A stretch of 64,000 bases of DNA from Phycisphaerales bacterium (GTDB taxonomy: Bacteria; Planctomycetota; Phycisphaerae; Phycisphaerales; UBA1924): assembly GCA_965227775.1 (NCBI GenBank), contig OZ245777.1, positions 1,984,001-2,048,000 on the forward strand, in the 5' to 3' direction. The notes beneath the pieces were generated by a model that had not been told where the DNA came from, did not search any database, and worked only from the letters and a program-made list of their open reading frames with translations. Shown one piece after another: positions 48,923 through 56,831 of the stretch (the first letter of the stretch is position 1; the number at the start of each line of letters is the position of its first letter). A program made the translations under genes and the position numbers.

Positions 48923-49774
48923 TCAGGGCGTGTCTGAGGCCGTTTTATCGGCCGCCATGACGTCGACCACCGCCATCGCCCGGGCCACGCGCACGGCCAG
49001 CGCCGTCGCCGGCCCAAGAAGTGCCCCCGATGCTGCGGCCAGCAGCAGTGGCCGGCCAAGATCGACGAAGATCCATCCCGTCGTGACGATTGCCAGCATG
49101 ATCAAGGCGAATCCCCAGCCCAGCAGAAGCCCGTGTCGACCTGTCTGAGCGCCGGCGCGCCGCAGCGTGAGCTGCGCGTAGCCCATCGCCTCGACAGACG
49201 CCCAGCCCAGGCCACCCAGCGACAGGGCCGTGGTCGTCGCGACGTACGCCTGGCCGAGGTGGTCACCCGTGGCGAAGGCTGTCGCGATGAACGCGATGGC
49301 CATGACTAGCCCGGTAGCGCCGATGCCCGCGCTCCATCGGAGCCGGCGCCGCTCGGCGGCCCCAGGGCTGCGCCCGCCATTGGGGTGGCGACCGAGTGAA
49401 CTCCAGGCGTACGCGACAAACAGGGACAACGGCACGAGTCCGAGGATCGAGACCAGTCCAAAGACCATCGCGATAACCACCGCGTTGCCGCCGCGCCACC
49501 CGACCGCCGCGTCGATGCCCGAGATCGCCGCTGTCGAGAGCACCATCCAGGCCGTGAGCGTCGCCCAATGGAGCATCCGCATCTCGTCGTGCACGTGCTC
49601 GACATACGGCTTCGCGCACTGGCGCAGATCCCACACCGGCCAACTCGCAGGGACATCAAGCCCGCACTCGGGGCACACGCCACCGCGCGGCAGGCCGGCC
49701 AGGTCGTACCCGCACCCGGCGCAGGCGACGCCCGATGGGATGGTGTCCTCGTGCTGGCGATCTTGGTCGGCCAT
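48923..49774 (-). CDS. Multi-pass membrane protein with N-terminal zinc ribbon
   Basis: CAGCGYDLAGLPRGGVCPECGLDVPASW, then about 6 TM helices. Confidence 0.8.
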   Translation of the reverse strand: MADQDRQHEDTIPSGVACAGCGYDLAGLPRGGVCPECGLDVPASWPVWDLRQCAKPYVEHVHDEMRMLHWATLTAWMVLSTAAISGIDAAVGWRGGNAVVIAMVFGLVSILGLVPLSLFVAYAWSSLGRHPNGGRSPGAAERRRLRWSAGIGATGLVMAIAFIATAFATGDHLGQAYVATTTALSLGGLGWASVEAMGYAQLTLRRAGAQTGRHGLLLGWGFALIMLAIVTTGWIFVDLGRPLLLAAASGALLGPATALAVRVARAMAVVDVMAADKTASDTP

Positions 49775-49804
49775 CGCGTCATTGTTGGGCAGCGCTGCGC
49801 TGCC

Positions 49805-50674
49805 TCAACCGGTCGCGGGCTGGCCGGCTTGGCCGATCTCGAATTCGACCGCCCGCACGCCGCGGATCGCCTGCCACACGAGGATCGCAGATGCGCCGGC
49901 CATGATGAGCACGGCCCCGAGCGAGACGCACGCGCCGGCGACGGTGCGCGTGGATGCGAGTGTGGCCACGACGGGGAAGAGGATGAACACCGCTGCCAGC
50001 GAGACTACGAGCCACCGGCGCGGACGCGGCCGGCCGACCCGTGCGAGCGCTTCGCCGCAGATGCCCAGCATTCCGACGATGCACAGCGCGTTGCCAACAA
50101 GCATCGCGAGCATGCCCGCCAAGAGAAGGAAGTCCAGGCCCATGAACGCGCCGGGAACGACCGCGACCAGCCCGGCGACCATCATGGGCCCGCCCACGCG
50201 CGCGGCCAGGCGTGCGCGTTCGCCGGCGAGCCGCGGCGTGGCGGCCACGATGGCGACCATCGTCGCATAGGCGAGCCCCGCGAAGAGCGCGAGCATGGTG
50301 CCGGCGACGATGGCCCCCTCGCCGTTCTCGAAGGTTCCCTGCGCGTGCTGGCCGACCGCGTTCACGACGGCGCCGCAGGCCGCGAGCACGACCGAGGCGT
50401 TCAGGACGAACAGCATGATCATGGTCGCGAGCACGAGCCGGATGCGTCCGCGAGCGCGGTGAGCCCGATGCCGCGCCTCGCCGCAGGCTGTGGTGCGCGG
50501 CCAGCTCGCCGAGATCGCCAGCCCGCACTCGGGGCACACGCCGCCCGGCAAGAGCCCGGCGAGCTCGTACTCGCACTGGTAGCACGGCACGCCCGCGGGC
50601 AGCGGCCTCGCCGTCTTGCTCGGAAGTGGCGCAGGTAGGTGCACACCGCCCAAATCTGCCGCGTCGCCGCACAT
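49805..50674 (-). CDS. Multi-pass membrane protein with N-terminal zinc ribbon
   Basis: CYQCEYELAGLLPGGVCPECGLAISASW, then about 6 TM helices; start uncertain. Confidence 0.75.
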   Translation of the reverse strand: MCGDAADLGGVHLPAPLPSKTARPLPAGVPCYQCEYELAGLLPGGVCPECGLAISASWPRTTACGEARHRAHRARGRIRLVLATMIMLFVLNASVVLAACGAVVNAVGQHAQGTFENGEGAIVAGTMLALFAGLAYATMVAIVAATPRLAGERARLAARVGGPMMVAGLVAVVPGAFMGLDFLLLAGMLAMLVGNALCIVGMLGICGEALARVGRPRPRRWLVVSLAAVFILFPVVATLASTRTVAGACVSLGAVLIMAGASAILVWQAIRGVRAVEFEIGQAGQPATG

Positions 50675-50677
50675 CTG

Positions 50678-51610
50678 CTACGGGCAACCGGCGTCGAACG
50701 CGTTCTGGAACGAGAGGAAATCGAAGATCGTCAAGGCACCGTCGCCGTCGAAGTCGGCAATAGGCGCTGCCGCGTCGAAGGCGTTCTGGAATGCCAGGAA
50801 ATCGAATACGGTCAGGGCTCCGTCACGATCCAGGTCTGGTCTGCAATCAGCCGCTGGCGGCAGCATGTCGGCCGGCCCTAACGCGCGTGCAGTAACTCGA
50901 GCAGAATCGACAGCGCCTCGGACGCCTTGAGTAGCCGAGTTCGCATTGGCAATCGCCACGCCGGGGGATCGTGTGGGATCGAGTTCGGCCATCGGTGGGC
51001 TAACGAAGCCGGTGCTCTGGGCCACCTGGAGCCCATCGATGTAGAGCCGCATCCGACCGGTGCTGGCGTCGAATGTCCCCGCGACATGAGCCCATTCGCC
51101 GAGCCCGATTGGTACGTCCGAACGAAGCGTAAACTGCGTTGTGCCATCGTGGATTTGCAGCGTGAGCCCGCCATCGTTGTTCACTCCGAGAAACCACGGA
51201 TCGAGCCCGGCGCGCCGGTCACCTCGAAACAACAAGGGTCGGATGTCGCAGCACACACTGCCGAGGGCGTCGACTCGGACGTATGCCTCGAGCGTAAATC
51301 CTGTCTGAAGTTCGAACAACGGATTGTCGGGTACGTGCACCACGCCACGTTGGTCGGGTAGCCTGAGCGCCACGGCCGAAACTTCGCCGGTTGCGTAAGT
51401 CGCTTCGCCCGATGGCGTGCCATGGAACCCATTGCCGCTGATGTCCAGCACGCTCGGTCCCGCGGCAGGCCGCTGGCCGATCACCCCCTCCTCGAAGGTC
51501 CACCATCCAACGGTCTGGGCCGAGGCAGGAGAGGACAAACCGTTGGGGACCACGACGGCAAGCAGTCCCAGCGCCCCGGCGAGAACAGCGAGTGAGCAGG
51601 TTCGTGGCAT
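50678..51610 (-). CDS. Secreted LamG/ConA-like jelly-roll protein with C-terminal GC-type dockerin
   Basis: Signal peptide, GWWTFEEG, DISGNGFHG, FTLEAYV, WAHVAGTFD..RLYIDG; CRPDLDRDGALTVFDFLAFQNAFDA..ADFDGDGALTIFDFLSFQNAFDAGCP. Confidence 0.85.
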   Translation of the reverse strand: MPRTCSLAVLAGALGLLAVVVPNGLSSPASAQTVGWWTFEEGVIGQRPAAGPSVLDISGNGFHGTPSGEATYATGEVSAVALRLPDQRGVVHVPDNPLFELQTGFTLEAYVRVDALGSVCCDIRPLLFRGDRRAGLDPWFLGVNNDGGLTLQIHDGTTQFTLRSDVPIGLGEWAHVAGTFDASTGRMRLYIDGLQVAQSTGFVSPPMAELDPTRSPGVAIANANSATQGVRGAVDSARVTARALGPADMLPPAADCRPDLDRDGALTVFDFLAFQNAFDAAAPIADFDGDGALTIFDFLSFQNAFDAGCP

Positions 51611-51791
51611 GATGGCCCTCCGGCGGCCAGCATAACAGAACGGCCCGCTTCATGCAATGCAAACTGCATGGTGCATCCCGATTCGGGCAAGGGGGCTGGG
51701 TGAAGTGGGGGCGGCGATGCGCTTGGCGGGCCTTCAGGAGCAACATCCGATCGCGATGCCATTAGAGCGGCCGCGACGCACCTGGCGTTAC

Positions 51792-53039
51792 CTAACTCGG
51801 ATCGACACCGAGGTCCCGCAGTTGTTGCTCGGCCATCTCATCGCCCAACTGGGCGGCGCGCTGGTACCACTCGATGGCCGATTCGATAGAGCGTTCCACA
51901 CCCTCGCCATGCTCGTAGCACATGCCAAGGTTGAACGCGGCGTCGGCGTGCCCTCGGTCCGCGGCCCGTCTGTACCACCGGGCCGCTTCGGCCCGGTCTC
52001 GCTCCACGCCCTCGCCCCGGTCGAAGGCGACTCCAAGGTTGTACATCGCACCCTGGTGGTGAAGCTCGGCCGCTCGGCGGTACCAAGACACGGCCTCGGC
52101 GTGGTCTTGCTCGACGCCTTCGCCGAAGTCGTACGCGATGCCAAGCTCGTACATGGCGTCGGGGTCGCCTCGATCAGCCGAGCGGCGGAACCACTCGACG
52201 GCGCGTGCCTCGTCTTCCTCCACACCCTCGCCGATCTTGTAGCAGTCGCCCAGGTTGAACATCGCTGCGGCGTGCCCAAGGTTGGAGGCCTTGCGGTACC
52301 ACACCGCCCCGGCCGCGTAGTCCTGCTCGACGCCCTCGCCCATGTCGTACATGATGCCAAGGCAGTACATGGCGTGGGCGTCGCCCAAGTTGGCGGCCTT
52401 GCGATACCAACGAACGGCGGCCTTGTCGGCGAGTGGCACGCCCAACCCATCGTCGTACGAGAGGGCTAGGTTGACCATCTGATCCACGTCACCGGCGTGC
52501 GCGTCGGCGTATTCCTGGCGGACGACATCGCGAGATTCGGACTGCCAGAGGACGGCGTCGCGGCCGGTCATGGCCATGAGGCGCGCCGACAATTCGAGCG
52601 AGACCAGACGCTGCGCCCGTGTGTCGGCATCGACTTCGGGCTCGCCTGACGGCTGGGCCATGCGGGTGAGCATGGCGGCGGCGAGGGGCGCAAGTTCCTC
52701 GTTCTTCGCGTGCACCACCGCCCAGCCGGCCGCCTGCCACAGCTCGGAGGCGGCCGCGTCAGGCCACGACAAATCGCCCAGGTGCGGGCGGAGCTGCGCG
52801 AGGATGGCCGAAGCGCGGCGGACGCGTTCGGCTCGGTCTTCCAACCTGCCGATCTCTTCGAGCGCCGCCGAGGCGCGACGCACCATTGCGTCGACCTCGG
52901 GGGGCGGGGCGGTGCGCGACTCTTGCTTCGTCGGCGGTGCAGCTTCGGGAGCTTCCGGCCGTTCAGATTGCGCAACCGCGAGCGACGCGTGGCCAAACAG
53001 CATCAAAGCCGTCGTCCAAACCAGAGATCGCGAGCGCAT
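51792..53039 (-). CDS. Exported Sel1-repeat protein
   Basis: Signal peptide; about six 36-aa repeats AMYNLG..Y..GEGVEQD..EA..WYRRAA..G. Confidence 0.9.
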   Translation of the reverse strand: MRSRSLVWTTALMLFGHASLAVAQSERPEAPEAAPPTKQESRTAPPPEVDAMVRRASAALEEIGRLEDRAERVRRASAILAQLRPHLGDLSWPDAAASELWQAAGWAVVHAKNEELAPLAAAMLTRMAQPSGEPEVDADTRAQRLVSLELSARLMAMTGRDAVLWQSESRDVVRQEYADAHAGDVDQMVNLALSYDDGLGVPLADKAAVRWYRKAANLGDAHAMYCLGIMYDMGEGVEQDYAAGAVWYRKASNLGHAAAMFNLGDCYKIGEGVEEDEARAVEWFRRSADRGDPDAMYELGIAYDFGEGVEQDHAEAVSWYRRAAELHHQGAMYNLGVAFDRGEGVERDRAEAARWYRRAADRGHADAAFNLGMCYEHGEGVERSIESAIEWYQRAAQLGDEMAEQQLRDLGVDPS

Positions 53040-53066
53040 GCTGTGCCCCTCCCTTTCCGTCGATTC

Positions 53067-53936
53067 TTACTTGCCCTTGTTGAAGAACTTCTCAATGGCC
53101 GCCTTGCCCGCCTCTTCGTGGCGCAACCGCACGAGGTGGTCGCGCTCACACTGCAGCGAGGCTTGCCAGCCGTTCTCGAGGCCGGCGCGCACGGCGTCGG
53201 CGACGGCGTGTGCCGGGCCCGATTCACCGAGTTCGCCCGCAACCGTCTCGAGCGTTTGTCGCACGGGCTCGGGCGTGCGGCCGATCCACTTCAGCGGCGC
53301 GCCGTCCCGCGTTGGCGCGGGGCCTTGGCCGCGGATCCAGTCGGCGGCCAGCTGTCGCAGGCCGCTCGCCTCCTGGGCGATGAGATCGAACATGCCCGCG
53401 TCGGCGGCGTCGGGGTAGGGCATCGGCGTGCCGGCAGCGGTGAGCTGGATCGCCTTCGCGGCGTCGATGCGTGCGGGCAGAAGGTTCGTGCCGCCCCATC
53501 CGGGGCAGATGGCCAGCCCGGCCTCGGGCAGGCCTACGGGGTAGGGCTTCGCGCCGGGCGCGCCGATCAGCCCGTCGCAGTGCATGGCCAGCTCGAGCCC
53601 GCCGCCCAGCGCAGCGCCGTTGATCGCGGCGGCGGTCCACACGGGCATCTGGTGGAACCTCGCGAAGACCGACGCTCCAAACTCGAGGTACGCGTGCAAA
53701 TCGGCATCGGAGAGATCGCGCACGGCCTTGAGATCAGCCCCCGCCACGAACACCTTCTCCGAAGCACTGGCAAGCACGACGCCCGCGACGCCGTCGAGGT
53801 CGAGGCCGGAGAGCGTGGCATCGAGGGCCTCGAGCAACGGGCGGTCGAGCACGACGACAGGGGCGTCCTGTGTGAGCTCGACGACGAGGATCGGTGTGCC
53901 GCGGTCGTCGGTGTGGACGGGCAGTAGGGTGGTCAT
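53067..53936 (-). CDS. Enoyl-CoA hydratase/isomerase family (resembles FadB/FadJ N-terminal part)
   Basis: FVAGADL, AAINGAALGGGLELAMHCD, GLPEAGLAICPGWGG; GGAGG before ATG 53936. Confidence 0.88.
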   Translation of the reverse strand: MTTLLPVHTDDRGTPILVVELTQDAPVVVLDRPLLEALDATLSGLDLDGVAGVVLASASEKVFVAGADLKAVRDLSDADLHAYLEFGASVFARFHQMPVWTAAAINGAALGGGLELAMHCDGLIGAPGAKPYPVGLPEAGLAICPGWGGTNLLPARIDAAKAIQLTAAGTPMPYPDAADAGMFDLIAQEASGLRQLAADWIRGQGPAPTRDGAPLKWIGRTPEPVRQTLETVAGELGESGPAHAVADAVRAGLENGWQASLQCERDHLVRLRHEEAGKAAIEKFFNKGK

Positions 53937-54032
53937 GGAAGGGCCTCCGCAGGGGGAAAGAGTGCGGAGCGAGTCTAAGCCCGGGCAAGCGCGCAGGCTT
54001 GAAACGCCCATGCTCACTGTCCAGCATTCCGC

Positions 54033-54323
54033 ATGGACCGACCACCCGAGTCGATCGACGGAGCGCGCGTCGTCCGCTGGACGCGCATCGATGGCCGGCA
54101 CCGTTTCACAGGCGCATGTGCACACATCGTCGGCGGCTCAACCCAGGGGCCCGCAGCCGGGCTAGCGATCTGCCAGTATGAAGCTGAGTCGGCGTACTAC
54201 CTGTTTGGTTGCTATGAAGAGTGGAACTCGGTGACGGATACCTATCACGACACGCTCCAGGATGCGATGGGCCAGGCAGAGTTCGAGTACGAAGGCGTGA
54301 CCGAGACGTGGATGGCCGCGTAG
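54033..54323 (+). CDS. Small acidic hypothetical protein
   Basis: 96-aa ORF, GLAICQY..YYLFGC.EEW..VTDTYHDT..DA..QAEFEYEG. Confidence 0.65.
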   Translation: MDRPPESIDGARVVRWTRIDGRHRFTGACAHIVGGSTQGPAAGLAICQYEAESAYYLFGCYEEWNSVTDTYHDTLQDAMGQAEFEYEGVTETWMAA

Positions 54324-54344
54324 GCGCCGGTCGCGCTTCACACG

Positions 54345-54372
54345 AAAAAACCCGGGCTCACACCCGGGCTTG
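54345..54372 (-). terminator. Intrinsic terminator of the OmpA/MotB gene
   Basis: Minus strand CCCGGG-tgtgag-CCCGGG-TTTTTT, about 25 nt after the stop codon. Confidence 0.75.
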
Positions 54373-54394
54373 CGAGTTCTAGGACACCAATCGT

Positions 54395-55276
54395 TTACTT
54401 ATCGATCGGGCCACGGCCGCTCGTGCCGCGGGCGTCGTCGATGGGAGCATCGATCGTGCTGGGCACGGAGACGAATCCGCTGCTGCCGGTTCCGGTGCTT
54501 TGGCGGATAAAGATCTCCACGCGGCGGTTCTGCGGCGTGCCACCCGTCGAACTGTTGGGCACGAGCGGGCGATGCTCGCCCCAGCCGCTGGCCTGGATCT
54601 GGCTCGCTGGCAGGCCCATGTTCACGAGCTGGCGTCGCACCGAGATGGCGCGGTGAGCGCTCAGGTGCATGTTGGTCGGGTGGCGCTGCGCCGTGCTCGG
54701 GCTGATGCGCTCGCTGTCGGTGTGGCCGATGATCTCGAGCTCGTAGCCGGTGGCTTCCGGGGCCTTGAGGATCTCGGCCAGGTCGCCCAGGCTCTGCTGG
54801 CCTTCTGCGGTCACGGCATCGCTGCCGCTGGCGAACGTCAGATCGCTGCTGAACCGCAGCATGCCACGATCCGGGTCATACACGATGCGGCCGGCGTACT
54901 TGCGGGCCAGGTCGCGCAGGGCCTGGTCGGTGCGGCGGTCGAGGCCCATGAGGGCCACGCTGTCGACCTGCTCGCCGAGCTCTCGGAGCCGACGCTCCAT
55001 CTCGGTCAGGTTGTCCTGGGCGCCCGCGAGGGCCTGGTTAGCCTGCGCGGCAGCGGCCTCTGCCTGCTGACGTAGGCGGCGCTCGTTGGCGAGCTGGCCG
55101 TCATAGCTGCCGCTCTGCTGCTCAAGCTGGGCCAGCTGGTCGCGCAGGAGGCGGTTGTCACGCTCGGCCGCGTCGAAGCGGCTCTGGCTCACGCAGCCGC
55201 CGAGGGTTGAAAGGGCGATGCTGCCCAGGGTGAGCAGGGCGAGCGAACGGGTGATGGTCTTCGAACTGCCGGTCAT
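54395..55276 (-). CDS. OmpA/MotB-family peptidoglycan-binding lipoprotein with coiled coil
   Basis: GGAGG RBS, lipobox LGGC, coiled coil, FASGSD, IIGHTD, N.HLS.HRA, QNRRVEI. Confidence 0.88.
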   Translation of the reverse strand: MTGSSKTITRSLALLTLGSIALSTLGGCVSQSRFDAAERDNRLLRDQLAQLEQQSGSYDGQLANERRLRQQAEAAAAQANQALAGAQDNLTEMERRLRELGEQVDSVALMGLDRRTDQALRDLARKYAGRIVYDPDRGMLRFSSDLTFASGSDAVTAEGQQSLGDLAEILKAPEATGYELEIIGHTDSERISPSTAQRHPTNMHLSAHRAISVRRQLVNMGLPASQIQASGWGEHRPLVPNSSTGGTPQNRRVEIFIRQSTGTGSSGFVSVPSTIDAPIDDARGTSGRGPIDK

Positions 55277-55406
55277 CTGGATCCTCCGTGCTTGTACCGG
55301 CCGTGTGGCCCGGTCGATCGGTCCCGCGTCGCGGCGGGTGCGTGCCCGGTCCATTCCGGGCGATTGCGTGCGTGGGCGATGCGCGCCGTTCGTACTATCG
55401 GAGTGC

Positions 55407-56756
55407 ATGCACGAAGCCCATCACACAAGCGACGACGCAGACGCGAAGCGTGGTTCCTCCACCGACCCCGCGAAAACTGCGCAATCACGATATGCCGCCT
55501 CGGGTGAGTCCGGGCGTGTTTTCTCGGTGCGATGCGCAGGAATTGCCGACGCTCGCGGCACGGTGCGCGCAAGCGACAGCCTGCTCGTACAAACGACAGG
55601 CACGCGGGCCCGGCGCGTGCTGGCCATTGGGACCCGAGCCGATGTTCGTGCCCACCCGGCGTGGGCTTCGGCCGAGCATCTCGACCTGCCCGATCGAATC
55701 CTCGCCCCAGCCCTGGTCAACGCCCACGCCCATCTCGACCTCACGCACATCGGTCCCCAGCCGATGGGCGAGGGGGGCTTCGCTGCGTGGATCGACATGG
55801 TGCGCCGCGGGCGGCTCGCGGACGAAGGGGCGATCGCCGCCAGCGTGCTCCAGGGTGTCGACTTGCTGCTCAGGGGCGGCACGGTTGCTGTGGGAGACAT
55901 CGCCGGATCGGTGAACGGGGCACCCTCGATCGCACCCGCCCGCGTGCTGGATGAGGCCGAGATGTCAGGTGTCTCATTTCTCGAGTTCTTCGGGCTATCC
56001 GTGGACGGTTCACCCGGGGTCGATGCCGCGTTGGAGCGAGCCGCCGGCGTTCAACCAGACACGGTCCAACTGGGACTGAGCCCGCACGCACCCTACTCAG
56101 TCTCGCTAGGCGGATATGCCCGGGCACGCGAGGCCGGGCTCCCGATCTGCACCCACCTCGCCGAAAGCCTGTCGGAGCGCGCGATGATCGCCGAGGCGAC
56201 TGGGCCCATCCGCCACTTCCTCGAGGGTCTCGGGCAGTGGACCCCCGAGATCGCCGCCCAATTCGGCTCGGGCAAGAGCCCTGTCGAGTTCACCGCACCC
56301 GTGCTCGATGGGGCCTTGACCGTCCACTTGAACGACCTGGACGACGCCGACATCGACTGTCTTGCCCGCATCGGGGCCCGCGCCGCGTATTGCCCCAGGG
56401 CATCGACGTACTTTGGCGCGCCCGAGGCGTTCGGGGCGCACCGCTACCAAGAGCTCCTGCGAGCGGGCGTTCCCGTGGCGCTGGGGACCGATTCGGTGAT
56501 CAACCTACCTTCCACAGATGTCGCGGACCGCGGCATTTGCGTTCTCGATGAGGCGCGATTGCTCCTCGAACGCGACGGCGCTGACTCATCTGACATACTC
56601 GAAATGCTGTACCGCCATGCTCCAATGGTGCTGGGCTTGCCTGAGCAGGTGTTGCAAGCGGAGTCCGAGGTGCTGGGGCTCATTGCGGTCACGTGCGGTT
56701 CGGGTGAAGCCGGACTTGGGTTGGTGGCATCCCTGGGCCCAATCGCGTTCCTGTAG
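55407..56756 (+). CDS. Metal-dependent amidohydrolase (MtaD / aminodeoxyfutalosine-deaminase-like)
   Basis: PALVNAHAHLD, SPHAPYS, THLAES, VHLN, YCPR, ALGTDS; start uncertain. Confidence 0.82.
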   Translation: MHEAHHTSDDADAKRGSSTDPAKTAQSRYAASGESGRVFSVRCAGIADARGTVRASDSLLVQTTGTRARRVLAIGTRADVRAHPAWASAEHLDLPDRILAPALVNAHAHLDLTHIGPQPMGEGGFAAWIDMVRRGRLADEGAIAASVLQGVDLLLRGGTVAVGDIAGSVNGAPSIAPARVLDEAEMSGVSFLEFFGLSVDGSPGVDAALERAAGVQPDTVQLGLSPHAPYSVSLGGYARAREAGLPICTHLAESLSERAMIAEATGPIRHFLEGLGQWTPEIAAQFGSGKSPVEFTAPVLDGALTVHLNDLDDADIDCLARIGARAAYCPRASTYFGAPEAFGAHRYQELLRAGVPVALGTDSVINLPSTDVADRGICVLDEARLLLERDGADSSDILEMLYRHAPMVLGLPEQVLQAESEVLGLIAVTCGSGEAGLGLVASLGPIAFL

Positions 56757-56831
56757 CGGGAGAGTTTTTCCGGCTTCGCAGGAATGATCCCGGGGTCTCG
56801 AACCTACCATCCGACGGGCCCAGGAGTCGCA

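Noticed and set aside
46734..49148. 804-aa plus-strand ORF (and similar long antisense ORFs such as 13557..14996, 18499..20196, 27503..29350, 61384..63150)
   Set aside because: Shadow ORFs opposite well-supported genes, expected from high GC3; no motifs
51792..52480. DNA repeats of about 108-bp period
   Set aside because: Explained by Sel1 protein repeats
54395..55276. Flagellar stator motB
   Set aside because: Has a lipobox rather than the MotB TM with conserved Asp; no motA adjacent
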